Assembly: GCF_035594765.1 (NCBI RefSeq)
Contig: NC_085843.1
Location: 147,723,971-147,787,970, forward strand
Length of the DNA stretch: 64,000 bases
Origin: Anolis carolinensis
Taxonomy: Eukaryota
Reading direction: 5' to 3'
Below are positions 50,409 to 64,000 of the stretch, piece by piece (the first letter of the stretch is position 1; each line of letters opens with the position of its first letter). Below the pieces are notes generated by a model. The model did not search any database. It had not been told where the DNA came from and worked only from the letters and a program-made list of their open reading frames with translations. The position numbers and the translations under genes are program-made.

Positions 50409-53400
50409 CACTTTTAACTTTAAAAATGACAATACTCACTGGAAGCTGCAGTGCATTGTGGGTCAGCAGCCAATTTGTGGTGAGTTGTGGATTTGGGGCT
50501 CATATAAATAAGCCCTCAGTGTTTGTTTTGTCCCCAAACCCCAGGATGTAAACTCAAAGACAGCAATGCAGAATTACATTATACCATATCTTTGCTGATT
50601 GAACTAAAACTGCAACAAAAAAAGAAAGATTTATTCAAAATAAACTGGAAACTAGGGATAAATTACATAAGGTATCCAAAATATGAGGATAAAACACCAT
50701 GAAGGCTGCAAGTCCCTCCAAAGCCATGTGATATCAGTTCCTTGTGCCTTGTGATACTACCAGTTCTTCTGAAGAGTCTAAAATCTTGTAGAAAGGCAGA
50801 GATTACCCCTTGGCATAATTCTGGTGAACAAGCTTCTTGCATACATACAGATTCCATCTGTATTTTCTTCCCAACCGTGCTATGTTATTTAACGGAAAAG
50901 TTGTTTCTTTAGTTCCCACATGAACATTTGTACATATTTGAGCAAACTGTTTTTATATGTATTCATTTTAACACATTGGTATTACCATATGCATTCGTCT
51001 ATGTTTTTCCATTGATTTATGTGTATTTCTGTACATTTTCCTGTGACACAATTTTATTGTATACAATGGAAACTTGTTGTTTCGTCACAACAATGGACAA
51101 TTAAAAGGTCTGCATTTTTGCTAGTCTTATAGGCCACAAACCAAAAATTTTGTTTTAAAAATGTAATGTGCATTACCACTGCTCTTGCCATGTAGTATGA
51201 GGATTTATTGGTAATTTCAAATAAAAAAAAAACACACACACACATGTGTGCACAAGTACAATGGAATTCTGTGGAAGGTAGTTTAGTGAGGCACCAACAC
51301 TCTTTGGCAAAGAATGCTAAAGACCTTGTATATTTATAACTTCTGTGACCATAGCATTGAGCCATGGCAGCTAAAATGATGTCAAACTACATAGAGGCAC
51401 CTTATGATCAAAATCGGTATGTTAATGTCTAAAGAATAGGTCCTCAAACCTTTCAAGCCAAGCATCAGTTCTTAGTCCTTCAGACTGATGGGGAGCTGGA
51501 TAATAATTTGAAAAAGCATGAACGAATTCCTATGCACACTGCACATATTGTATTTGTAGTACAAAAAACCATAAAAGAACAATACAATATTTAAAATTAA
51601 GAACAATTTTAACCAACATAGACTTTCCAGTATTTGAATGGGAAGTGTGAGCCTGCTTTTGGCATATAAGATAGTCAAGTTAATTAGGGTTGTTGTTGTT
51701 GTTGTTGTTGTTGTTGTGTGCCTTCACATTGTTTCAGACTTAAAGCAACCCTAAGTCTAAAGTTTAAAGTAGGGGCTGAGTAAATGACTGCATCCAGCCC
51801 ATAGTCCTTTGTTTGGGGACCCCTGGTCTAAAGCATGCACAAACAATTGCACTGCTTAGGATTTGTGGGAAGTCTAAGACATTCTTTTGCAAATACATAC
51901 ACAGTCCTCTTCCACACTTTGAATTGACGGCTAATTGACCATTGTGCAATGGATGATCTCAAAGCCTTGACACCTATTGTATAATTAGTTGTTGATGAAA
52001 ATGTATGGCACATTGAATGTGAACAAAATTGTGTCTGTCAGGGACATGAGAGAAGCTTCCCACAGGATCATAACACATCTGGGCACCCCCTGGGCAATGT
52101 CTCTGTAGATGGCTGACTCTCACACCAGATTTTCTGCTTTGAAATGGATTATATGGCACTGTAGACTCATATAATCCAGTTCAAAGCAGATCATGTGGGT
52201 TATCTGATTTGATAATCTGGATTATATGGCAATGTAGAACAGACCTCTGATGCCTCTGGACAAATCTCATTTGTCAAGATCTTTCATAGAAATGCATGAA
52301 AACTTTCTCTATATCCTGAGCAATGTAGATTCAGTGTAGGAATGGATACAGAGAATGGCTGTTATGTCTCATGAACTAAATGACTTTTGTGTCCTTCGTG
52401 ACATCACCGTTCAGTGCACTGAAAGATATCCTTTCCAATTGATAGCACCATTTTGGTCCATGATGGAAACTGAGCAACTATTTGATTCTCTTTTAATTTA
52501 TTTTTATTAATTATTTTTGGTTGCTACTGAGCACTAAAAATAACATGGATCCTAATAAGCGGCTTGATTGTAGCAGAAGTGTAGCAAAGCAGTTAGTTCT
52601 GCAAATTAGATAAATGTTCTGGAAAGTGCATCTCCTACCACCCTGTGGCAGTTTAGAATCATTGCATATTAACACACCTCATTAAACATACTCAGTTTAA
52701 TAGATACTCTGCTAATGAATTTATGCATCAATCAGTATTTTTAAAAAAGAAGTTCAACAAAATGCTGATTAAATGGAAAATGTCTGGATCCAATCATGTT
52801 GTCATTTTCCTTCTTTTTAAATAGAGTTAGTAGCACTAATTTGAGAGCAAGGTTACAGAGCTGTACATCTATCCATCTTTTACTATTCTACAAATATAAC
52901 ATTTTTAAAAACTAATACTGACATTCCAAAATGAGTATACCTGGCTCTCCATGCTTTTCTTTGTTCATGCCTTTCAGGGGAAAAATGTGATTTCTGAATA
53001 AATCAAAACACTGGCCTTTTTGTTAGGATCTGGATTATTCCTAACCTAATGAGAGCCCCATTGTTGGTAACTATCACTACTTTTTATGAAAGAATCTGCA
53101 TATGCTATTGTGCAGCTATGAGGGGATAAAATGAGAACTATGTCCCTTCATATAAGAATTATGTCCCTCAAATGAAATCTTCCTTCAGTGCCTAAATTTC
53201 CAGCAACAAAGTTGGAAGGAAACCTTCATTAGGAGGCAGAATTCTTATTTTAAGGGAGAAGATGTCCTTGTTTTGTCTTCTTTATAGCTGCGTACTGTAC
53301 ACATATAGATGCATGTGTGTGTGAGTGAACATACACACATGCACACAAACCTAAAAAGGGTTAGATATCACATTAGGGAAGGGAAAATCGTATTGAAATT

Positions 53401-53529
53401 AGTTATGAAGACCACACAGTATGAAATATGTAAAATGAAATATAAGCTTCATTTAACTAGGTAAAGAAAAAAGAACAAAATAATACATTTACTCAAACAT
53501 CTGTCTTGAGAAATGTTACTGATCTGTGA

Positions 53530-53720
53530 GTGTATATGTGCCTTAAGGCACCCTGTTGACTTGTGGAGAATATATGAATTTTGCTGGGCTTTCTTATGCA
53601 GGAAATACTCAAATGTAGCTTTACCGGTTCTTCCCTCTGGAATATAGCCTATAAAACCTGATATTCATAGGCAGACTCCTATTTCATAATGACAATAATG
53701 ACTACAGAGCTGACTCTGTA
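53530..53720 (-). mobile_element. Degraded 5S-rRNA-derived SINE
   Basis: Reverse complement of about 53645-53686 resembles the 5S rRNA 3' end (GGGAGACCGCCTGGGAATACCGGGTGCTGTAGGCT), joined to an RTE-like tail. Confidence 0.5.
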
Positions 53721-54047
53721 GTGATTTCAGCTAGGGCTATGGATAGAGTGGTCCATGCCCAGTGAGCCTTCGCTAAATCAGATCAGCCGAGAATTAGAAC
53801 TAGCAAAGCTACAGAGATTTATTACAATTTGGCCAAATAGGATACAAGTAAAAGCAAGGTCTTTCAAAAGGCACAAGCATATTCACAGAAAAATACATGA
53901 CATCTTATACAGTTCTGACAGCTTTTCAGACTTCCCTCTCCCTCCCCTAATTGGCTGAAAAGAAGGGGAGGCTAGATATTGTGCCAGAATTGCCCTGGGG
54001 TTCCTTTGACATCACAACCTGCAGGAGAAGATTCTTGTGATTGGAAG

Positions 54048-54381
54048 CAGAGGCGGTTCAACCACCAGGCCAACTACGCAGTTGCCTGTAGCGCCATCTT
54101 GTTGGGGGCACCATCGAGGCAACTCCTGTCTCCTGCGGCCTGCCTCCGCAAGGTATTGAACTGCTTTTTCTGTTGATTTGTTGTAAAACATGATGTTTTA
54201 GTGCTTAATTTGTAAAATCTTAATGTAATTTGATGTTTAATAGGTTTTTCCTTAATCCCTCCTTATTATCAAACATTTTCGCTTATCCAACGCTTTTATT
54301 TTTCAGTGATTGGTTGGGCGGGGGGGGGGGGGGACAAAATTCTGTTTGCCTACACTTGAAAAATACCTAAGGCCGGCTCTG
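54048..54381. mobile_element. hAT MITE
   Basis: Ends CAGAGGCGGTTC / GGCCGGCTCTG; perfect 8-bp TSD ATTGGAAG. Confidence 0.88.
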
Positions 54382-55437
54382 ATTGGAAGAAGGGCAACTG
54401 GTGGTTGGACAGTTTAAAGAGCCAATCCATTTAGGGATGCCCTCTGGGAGGGCAGAATTTAGGAGGAAATTGTGATGTGAATATGCTGATGAGTCCCTGA
54501 TTAACTCAAGTGTCCAGTTCCATATAAAAACAAAGGCTGCAAGACCCAAAAGACAAAGGTGATAATTCCAGACAATCAAGGGCTTGGCTGCCTGTATAGA
54601 AAGTTAATGAATTCATATTTGCTGAGCTCCTTCTTCCACAGGAGCGGCAGACTCTCAGCCTCCAGTTGAATAAACAAACATTCTGAGCTCATCCAGGTGA
54701 CAAAGAGGACCATCTATCTGCAAACCAACACAAAGTTTTTGATTTTATCTAGCTTGGAAAATAGCTGGAGAAACTCTGGCTATGATCTCCTCTCCCAAGG
54801 GCTTATGTAAACTGAGGACACAGAAAGGTATCTGCCTTCAAGATACATTTTGATAGATTCATTTGATACAATTTATACATTTTATACTTCTAGGAATGGA
54901 CACAGTACATGGAAGATACAAGCTACACAAAATCACCATGTTGGTACATTTTACTTAAGGATTAGATTTGATAGAGTTTTTAAGGTACAGTTGCTGCTAG
55001 GTCAATTCCAGAGCCTTTAGCTTTTTCGACAATTAACAGAAATTGTTTAGAAAATAAACAGGGAAAATCATATAACTTACTTGAAATCTCTTGATGATCT
55101 ATAAAAATGGGGGTAGGGGTGCACCATGGCTCAACAACTACCCTGCTTAGTTCCCAAGATGCCTATATGGTAAGTCCCTAGTGCCTTCTCTTTCAAATCA
55201 AACAAACAAAACAAAACACCAATTCAGAAGGACCTATTCTTGAATGCCACAGCACTAAGTGTTATGCCAAAGATGTAAAACAACAGAGAAGCCATAATTT
55301 TACATAGAACACAGCCAAGGCAAATATGGACAAATCTGGTAAAGGCAAAATATCCACAGGAATGTTAATAGAACTAATATAAATTGTACTGGATTGCAAT
55401 GAACCAAAAGCTGGTTTTTAATTGTTTTTAACCTTTC

Positions 55438-55504
<67 letters not shown>

Positions 55505-56935
55505 TTTATTTTTATATCCCACACCATCTCCCCTCGGGGACTTGGGGTGGCTTACATGGGGCCAAGCCCGACAACATAATTAAAATAGAATGAACAAGAA
55601 AACATAATGCACAATTCACAGTATCAAAAAGGATAAAATAGCAATACAGTATAAAACAGGAATATTATAACAATGGCTAATAATATCAACCAGGCACAGT
55701 TTCTATCGTCTTCATGGGGGGGGGGGGGGGGGACTAAGGCATCAGTACAAAATAGGATGATGGCCAAAGTGTGTAAAATGATAAGGACCTGATAAAGTGC
55801 AAGATAGATTATTATTACCATCTGGAACTGGTTATCTAATGACTGTCTTGTCAAAAGCCAGACAGAACATCCAGGTCTTCAATTCTTTTCTGAAGGTGGA
55901 TAGGGAGGGAGCTAACCTAATCTCCCTGGGGAGGAAGTTCTAGAGCCGGGGGGCGCAGCCGAGAAGGCCCTTTCTCTCCTCCCCACCAATTGTAACTGTG
56001 AGGAAGATGGAAGTGAAAGAAGGGCTTCCCCAGATCTTAGAGATCGTGTAGGTTCATAGGGGAAGACGTGGTCACGAAGATGGATAGGTCCCGAACTGTT
56101 TAGAGCCTTATAGGTAATAACCTGCACCTTGAACTGGGCCCGGAATGTTATCGGCAGACAGTGGAGCTGCTTAAACCGGGGGGTTTACCATTCCCTGTAA
56201 GCAGCTCCAGTTAGTAACCTAACTGCTGACCTTTGTACCAACTGCAGTTTCCAGGCCGTCCATCCTTGAGATAACTAGAGCATGGACCACTATGGTCAAG
56301 TCAGACTTCTCGAGGTACGGTTGCAGTTGGTGCACCAGCTTTAGTTGTGCAAAGGCCCTCCCGGCCACCGCTGACACCTGATCATCAAGCAACAGTGATG
56401 AGTCCCCCAAACTGCAGACCTGTGTCTTCAGGGGGAGTGCGACCCTGTCAAGCACAGGTTGTCACCCTATACCCTGATCGGTCGAACGACTGATCTGGAG
56501 GACCTCTGTCTTATCAGGATTGAGCTTCAGCTTGTTGGCCCTCATCCAGCCCATTACAGACACTGGTCCAGGAACTGAGGGGCTTCCTTGGAAGTAGGTG
56601 GAAAGGAGTAGTAGAGTTGAGTGTCATCTGTGAAGAGATGGCACCGAACTCCAAAACTCCAGATGACCTATCCCAGTGGTTTCATGTAGATGTTAAAGTT
56701 TATGGGGGGTGGGGAGAATAGAACCTTGCAGGACCCCACAGGTCAAAGGCCAGGGGTCCGAGCATGGCGAGCAGATATCTCCCCAGAAGGATACCATGGT
56801 CAATGGTACTGAAAGCTGCTGATGTGTCCAAGAGAACTAACAGGGATACACTCCCCCTGACAAGTTCTCTGTGGAGGTCATCCACCAAAGCCTGGTACAG
56901 TGACCAGGCCTGAAGCCAGACTTGAATGGGTCAAG
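55438..56935 (-). mobile_element. L2 LINE, 5'-truncated and internally deleted, with (TAA)n tail
   Basis: LVLLD.SAAF.TIDHGILL, .DDTQLY and HALV.SR motifs, L2 terminus, (TAA)n at 55438-55503. Confidence 0.9.
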
Positions 56936-57055
56936 ACAATCAGTATCATCCAAGAATCCTTGGAGTTGAGAGGCAACCACTCACTCCAGAACCTTGCCTA
57001 AAAATGGGAGGTTTGAAATTTGTCAATAGTTTGAAGATTGATCAGTCTAATCTTT

Positions 57056-57130
57056 GGCTGCATCTACACTGCCATATAAAATCCAGATTATTTGCTTTAA
57101 ACTGGATTATATGGCAGTGTAGATCCAGTC
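57056..57130. mobile_element. Short palindromic MITE (related pieces at about 52130-52250 and 47328-47462)
   Basis: ATCTACACTGCCATATAA ... TTATATGGCAGTGTAGAT inverted repeat. Confidence 0.75.
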
Positions 57131-58454
57131 ATTAGCTCCACACAGGTTGACTATTTGTTTGAATTCTTTAGTGTTTTTCTTCTTTTTCCATTTCTTATCC
57201 CTTTCCCTTTTAAGCCCTAGCTCTCTAGAAACTTTTTTAGCCATCAGTCCTAGTTTCTTGAGATTCCTCCCAAGTTTTTCCTCCCTGAAACTGTTTGAAA
57301 TTGTGCTTTCAATATCTCACTTTTAAGAAAAACTCATTCATAGTAAAGTTCTTTTTCCTTTTAATATTTTTGACTATGAGATCAAATGCAGTATTTCCAT
57401 AAGTTTACTGAAATCACCTACTTGACTATGCTTGGCTTCCCTTTTCTAATGTTTAATACACTCCAGATTGTCTGTTCTGTTCCAGGTGAAATGGAATACT
57501 CTGGTCACGTTACATCTTCTACATGTCACGGAGTAGCATGAAGTTTAAGAAGAAATCCTTCTGGAGTGGGTTTTTTTTAAAAGGAGAAGACAGTAGGAAC
57601 TTATTCAGCATTTGTAACATTTGCTTTGTTTATAAATATGAAATTGTTTCAGAAGCACACAGTTGCTTCTTCAGCAAGGTAGGAATGCCAAGACAAAGAC
57701 CCTGTTTTTCCTCTAAGATCCTGTAGCTACAACAAGCTGGCAGTGTTTCTATTCCATTCTTTTAAAATGGAATAACCTCTGACCCTTCCCTTACACATAT
57801 ACATACAGTCTGCCAAGTATTTTCCTCACACTCAATCCCTGTCAGCATATTACCTTCTTTGGGAACTACTCACAGCTATTAGGAGCCATAAACATTATTT
57901 TGTCAGGACCCTGGCCACTCATTTATTGTGATGAAGCTTATCAACACCGCAATATATATGCTCAAGTTGAGAAGCTTCAATGTGCACCATAGGGAAGGGG
58001 GCTATCAGCCAAAATGGTCTGCCCTCTTCTCATCTATTTTCAAGGAAGTTTCTCAGAGAACAATTGCAATGCCTCATTCTGTTCATGGAGATGGAGAGGG
58101 GTCTTGGAACATGCTGTGCCCAGGCTGTTCACGAGCATTGGATCATGTTTGCCAGAAAATTCCTCACACAAGAACAAGGAACTTTCATGCTGGTCCATGC
58201 CCCAGATAGCCATTCCATGCTAATGCAAGGCTGACAGCAATAAAGTACTGGCTGCTTTGGAACACCCTGAACAGAATGTGGAATCAGTGGGGCAGAAAAA
58301 GAAATAGCTAAACTTACAGCGGAGAAGCTTAGAAGTTACGTTTCAGACTCATTGAATTTAGAGACATGCCTAAGAGTTAAATATTAATAAATGGGGAAAC
58401 TTGAGTTACATTAGGATTTTCATTTGTTATCAGTTACAGCTTCAATTATATGTT

Positions 58455-58640
58455 GTTGTTATTATTATTATACTATATTTATACCCCACCCTTCTCACCC
58501 CAAACTCAGAGCAGCTTACAGACCATGGCAAATTCAAAGCCACATTACATATACCACAATAAAAATAACATATCAATTTAAACAATATAAGTACAATGAA
58601 ACAGTACAGTTAAAATATAAGTACAATAAAACAGCTTAAA
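58455..58640 (-). mobile_element. L2 3' end
   Basis: CCCCACCCTTCTCACCCCAAACTCAGAGCAGCTTACA terminus. Confidence 0.65.
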
Positions 58641-58965
58641 AGCATACATTCAATCCCAACTAAAGTTGGCTGATGAAATAAAAACATCCCAAGCAGACAG
58701 CAGGCATGGAGGGGCAACCCCGAAAATGAGGTTAATTGACTGAACTCAAAGCACCAACAATGGGGTAGTAATCGTCCGGGCAGCAGGATAGTAGGGCCAT
58801 GGGGCCCCGCTGCATCAAGCTGAAGCAATAGAGTAGATGGCAAAGCAGTTGGGGGGGGGAGGCATGGTGGCCGCTGAATGTTGCTCATGAATTACTTTGA
58901 ATTCATTCTCTTGACAATTTTGGGTTTATGTACACTTTAGAATTAATGCAGTTCTCACCATGGAC

Positions 58966-59260
58966 CAGAGCTGGTCCAACAATGAGGCAAATTAAGTGGT
59001 CGCTTCGGGCGCCAAACATACAGGGGCACAGTCGAGACTGCTTTTTCTGTTGATTTGTTGCAAAATGTGATGTTTTGGTGCTTAATTTGTAAAATCTTAA
59101 TGTAATTTGATGTTTAATAGGCTTTTCCTTAATCCCTCCTTATTACCCAACAGTTTCGCTTATCCAATGCTTTTATTTTTCAGTGATTGTTTTTTTTTGG
59201 GGGGGGGGGGCACCAAAATTCTGTTCGCCTACACTTGAAAAATACCTAGGGCCGGCTCTG
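58966..59260. mobile_element. hAT MITE
   Basis: Ends CAGAGCTGGTCC / GGGCCGGCTCTG; TSD CCATGGAC / CCACGGAC. Confidence 0.88.
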
Positions 59261-60014
59261 CCACGGACTCAATGATATAGAATCATGGGAGTTGTAGCTT
59301 TAACTTTCTTTGCCAAAGAGGGCTGGTGTTTCTCCAAACTTCAAATCCCAAAATTCCATAGCGTTGAGCCATGACAATTAAAATGTTGTTAATCTGGACT
59401 GATTCTGTTTCGTTAATGTATAATTTATGCTCCATGTAAGGTTGAGTCCTAGTTTAAACTTGCAGACAGACTGGGCAGCACTTCCATTTAGAAATAATTG
59501 AGTTTGCCAATTAAACTTTAGGTTAGGTCTCAGATTCTTTTCCTGTTTCTTGTCACAGACATTTGCAATATTTGGTAAGTTCCTGTTTTTTTGTTTTGTT
59601 TTTTAAAACTGAGCAGCATTTCCTTCCATGTGCACTGTTCAGAATTTGATAGTTTTCGCTATTTCTAGAATGAAGAAGATTATGTTGTATTTCACTGGCA
59701 TGTATCTGTCAAATAAAAAAAGGTAGAAACTAATTCAGCAATAGGAACATGGTTCAATACATCGAGATACAAAGGCAGACTTCTAAGAGCTAACTCACTC
59801 AAAGCACTTTGCCTGGAAAGGTGAATATGTCAGTTTGCTTTCTCCTACATTAGATTTGTCAGTTTCTATCTGTTGAATTTATGGGGGAAACTGCAACTTT
59901 GGAAATGTCTTATCAAAACGAGAATGAAATCACTTTTTTATTTCATTTTCACTCTAATTAGTCTTGGGATAAGCAAAAGGCAATTCTTCAATCAGCACTT
60001 ATTAATAATAGGTA

Positions 60015-60345
60015 AGGTAGGTAAAGGTCTTTCTGTGACATTAAGTCTAGTTGTGTCCAACTCTGGGGGTTGGTGCTTATCTCATTTCTAAACCGAAGAG
60101 CTGATGTTGTCCATAAACACCTCCAAGGTCATGTGGCTGGCATGACTGCATGGAGCACCGTTACCTTCCAGCCAGAGCAGTACCTATTGATCTACTCACA
60201 TTTGCATGTTTTTGAACTGCTAAGTTGGTAGAAGCTTTGGCTAACAGTGGGAGCTCACTACACTCCCCTGATTTGCAATGCTGACTTTTTGGTCAGCAAG
60301 TTCAGCAACTCAGCGGTTTAATCCTCTGCACCACGGGGTGCTCCC
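60015..60345 (-). mobile_element. Sauria SINE (older copy)
   Basis: Homologous to the other two; TSD TATTAAT(A/G)ATAGGTA at 60000-60014 / 60346-60360. Confidence 0.88.
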
Positions 60346-61789
60346 TATTAATGATAGGTACTCAGTTTAGAGAACTATGTTCATAATGGAATAGTTCTTG
60401 TGTTTCTCACTTTCCCATTAAAGAGAAAAAGATACTGTAAATACTTCTACACAGAGCCCTCTCTTATAATTTCATTTCTGCATTGTTGTAGAGTTAAGCT
60501 AAATCAGATTCCTGCCCAAGTGAGTGGCTCAGGTAATGGTTCAAAACAGTGTTAAATGTAGATCAACTCCATCCTAAGTTTCCACTACTCCATACATGCA
60601 CTTGCTCTCTTTCAAATTACTGCAAAATGCTTGAAGATCACTATGGTATATCTGTGGCTGTCATTTCTTGAAAAGGAAGTAATGACTAAGGATTTCTCAA
60701 TTTCTTTGTATAGATATAAGTATTTTGGGATCTCTTGTTATTAAACCAACCTGAAAGTCATTCTGAGATGCTTAATTGCTCAATTTTTCCCTCCACAGAT
60801 ACATTTCACTGTGACATAGATTCATTGATGTTCATGATCTCCCATTCACAGAGGTTAATAACACTACAATAGTTTAATCTCACTGAGTAATTAGTACAAT
60901 TTACATTTCTCATTTGTTTTGATCAGGATACACTGGCCATTTCAAAACTGTGATCAGAAGCACTCTGGCTAGGAGAAGGCATTCTCTTCCCTTCCATACT
61001 AATATTTCCATGTCAAAAAATTACTAGAAAATAAAGACAGCAAATCAATCAAAACATTGCTCAGGAGGAGAAAAACTTTTTTCTACCCTCAAGAAATGAA
61101 ATATAGACTAAATGAAAGCAGTTCTAGAGAGAAATTAAATCAGCATCGATGTGCTTGAAACCGTATTACCTGCATTTATCCCAGGAAGTAATGTTGGTTG
61201 TATTTCAAAAATAAAAATGCCAATTTAATAACCTAACATTTTGAGATGTTTTCTTCATTAAGTGAAACAAATCATGATATTTGCATTGTGAATATAGACA
61301 TATTGAAGTTAAGTCTAGGAGCACAATTAAATGCATTTCTATTCAGCGATGTCCATTGAGTTCTAAATTAGTACAAGATCAAGAGGAACATGTGTCGGAT
61401 TGCACATGATAATTGAAGGGCTTCTGCACAGAGGAGTCTGTTATTTGTCCAGCATGATAACTTGGAGCATGTCAGTTAAAGTGATACAATCCTGGGAGGG
61501 GGGGATTTATGGCCTAATGTTCCTGTGGACTCAGATCTAGAGTGGAAACTACCTAAATATCACAGTGTTATTCACTGCTTTCTCCTGGGTCCTTGCTTGG
61601 GGAAGGAAATAATGAATTTCATCTTTGCATTAGGGGAGAATGGACCATTTGCTTACTTTTGATGTCAGGATCAATTCACACATTTCAACTGACATTTCAA
61701 ATAATCTAGCAGGACTTACAAATAAATCTGAATACTTCACATGATGAAATGAAAAACAAATGAGTGAAGTGAAATTCATGGTAGAGGTA

Positions 61790-62350
61790 ATAAAAGCAAC
61801 ACATGATCAACATGGAAAAAAATAAAGGAACTAGAAAAAAAAACAACAGTATGAAGGACAACCTCAAAATGAAGTCAACCAGATACAACGTCTGGACTAT
61901 CTGCAAAGACAAATTTCATTGAAACCAAGAGGTACCTTGAAAGAGATTTAAAAAATTACGAATGGCAATAGTAGAAGTATTTGCAGAATTGCTTACCATT
62001 CAGCCCCATGAAATTGAAAAATAGCTTATGTGCACAAAATTAATTCTAATTATACCAGAAAGATCAAAGTCCTGAGAGATGTAGTCGTAACCTTTGCTAA
62101 AAGAAGCCTGAGAGACTTGTTCTACAAATGGCAGCAATGATCCCATTAAAATAAAGGACAAGAGAATAAGGACGTCACTCAGATAGAAAGGAGTCTATGA
62201 TAATGTCCAAAATCTGAGAAAGATGTGGATTGATATTGTAGAACATGAAAAACAGGAACCAGAGGTGGAGAAAAAACTGAGCAAGATGCTGGAGGCAAAT
62301 GTTGAATGGCTTAGTGAGAACAAACCCTTGAGAAAGAGTAGTTTGAGAGA
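61790..62350 (+). mobile_element. Degraded L1 ORF1-like remnant
   Basis: A-rich strand bias and a RDVVVTFAKR motif resembling the L1 ORF1 PR.IIV.F motif; many stops. Confidence 0.5.
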
Positions 62351-62489
62351 TCTGGTCTTCAGGACCTATCTGGAAAAGTTTTTTTAAAATGAACTATAAA
62401 AAATATTATCATACTGAATGATTATGGTTAAATCAGAAGAGATTTTGAACCCAAGAGTTGTGAATGGAAAATATTATTACTGTTACTAT

Positions 62490-62507
62490 TGTATGTGTGT
62501 GTATGTA

Positions 62508-62532
<25 letters not shown>
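62490..62532. repeat. (TG)n microsatellite
   Basis: Read directly from the sequence. Confidence 0.9.
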
Positions 62533-62538
<6 letters not shown>

Positions 62539-63329
62539 TAGGGTTGGGTGAATTGTTCATATGCCCGTTAAATTAGGATCAAATTCAGATCTAAAGCACT
62601 TTTGAAGCATGTTCTGATGCACCTGCTCAGTACCTTCCCAATATTAAGAATTTGAATCAAAAGTCACCTTTTTCTCATCTGTCTCTGATGTCTTCAGATG
62701 TAGCTGTGACCAAGCCCCGCTGAGAGGTGAAGCCAAACATGTTGGCATGCCTCTCAGCCAATGAGGGCTGACAGAAGAGGGAGGGAGAGGCGGGACCATC
62801 ATTCCTGTAGCCTTTTTTTAAAAATGTTGTTTTAAAAAACTTTGAAAATTCCCAAAAAACCAGTGGATGGGTGAAACATTATGAAACTTGATAGGCAAAG
62901 AGTGGTAAATATTTTCTGCGATTGCAGAAAATTTCACCCCAATAGCTTTAAAAATGTAGGAGAACGGAGCCTCTGAATCTTCCCCATTTATTTAAGGGGA
63001 AGCAAGAAGCCATATGCCTGGACTAAACTACATTTCTCAAAAAGCATTGGGCTGAAGCAGACATTTCCCCAATAGTACTATGCCCTCTTTAAAACTACAA
63101 TTCCCAGATGTCCCAGGCCCTCTCTCCTCTTAACATTCCCCACCCCTTTTTGTCCTCACTTGACCATCTTGACCAAACTTTCATATGTGAATTTTTGGAA
63201 GGTATGAGAAGTTTAGAGAGAGGGAGGGAGGGAGAGGTTTGAGAATTGGACTCCGATTGTGACTTGATTCCCCACTCAGCCATGGAAACTCACTTGGGCA
63301 AGTCACACACTCTCAGCCCCAAGAAAAGC

Positions 63330-63684
63330 CAATGAAACAGGAAATAACACTTTCAAACCAGGAACAGATTTCCTTATTCAGAGGCTGATGACCATCTGTC
63401 AGGAGTGATTTGATGGTGTACTATGATCTCTGTTCCTGGGTGATAAATGTCATTTCCTAATTGTTTCTGTCATAGAAACATGGCTAAACTTTATTACACT
63501 GTCAAAACTTTGTCTTTGCACAAGGGACATGGTGCTATGATAGCACATTATGTTTTGCTGGGTGTCCACCAATTTCACTGAGTTTCAGCCACAAAAACAA
63601 AGTTTCTGAAGTAGAAAAATGACTTTCAAAGTAAAGACAATCCAATGAAACAGGAAATAATACTTTCACACCAGGAACAGATTT
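63330..63684. repeat. Direct repeat of about 42 bp within an unclassified interspersed repeat
   Basis: CAATGAAACAGGAAATAA(C/T)ACTTTCA(A/C)ACCAGGAACAGATTT at about 63330-63371 and 63643-63684. Confidence 0.8.
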
Positions 63685-64000
63685 CTGCAATTATTAAATA
63701 ATGGTTTCTTATCTAAGCTATGAAAATTTTCCAAAAATTAGAGGATAGGGGAAACGTTCTGAATTTTGGTGAGCTAGCAGTGTTAAATGTGTTTTATCAC
63801 TGTTCCAAGTTTGCAGAGGATACCTAAAAAATCAGGGTGGGAGAGTCCTGTAAATCCCCCCCCCCCGGTGCTGTTTTTGGCCACTGTGCATGTCCATCCA
63901 CCATTAACTAATTAATTTCAAATATTCAGAATATTCATTAAGTTTAAAAAAATGGGTCAAAATTTTGAAGTAGTTTCAGAAACGAAGTGCCAGCGCCCCC

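Overview
AT-rich vertebrate genomic DNA, almost certainly a squamate and most likely Anolis, judged from Sauria SINEs and lizard-type L2, CR1, RTE, Penelope and hAT repeats. I found no recognisable host protein-coding gene, only weak exon candidates, so this is probably intergenic DNA or the inside of a large intron. The main feature is a near-intact, very young Ty3/Gypsy LTR retrotransposon of the Tf1/sushi type (39249-45591). It has 1150-bp LTRs with only 2 differences that I could find, a GTGAT target-site duplication (TSD), a -1 gag/pol frameshift signal and a self-priming primer-binding site (PBS). Its integrase has no chromodomain. Instead Pol reads through the polypurine tract (PPT) and across almost all of U3 of the 3' LTR, adding a ~139-aa acidic tail. 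The tail contains KRLRDIFAAPSDEESFEGF, which matches the LEDGF/TFIIS-N-domain binding motif (IBM/TIM). An unrelated solo LTR (33191-33851) has an acidic U3 frame in the same phase with an HMGN-like (R)RSVRI motif. Together these suggest, as a hypothesis, a system of LTR-encoded, swappable chromatin-tethering tails. The rest of the window is nested LINE, SINE and MITE debris, including a hAT MITE carrying a Penelope hammerhead ribozyme.
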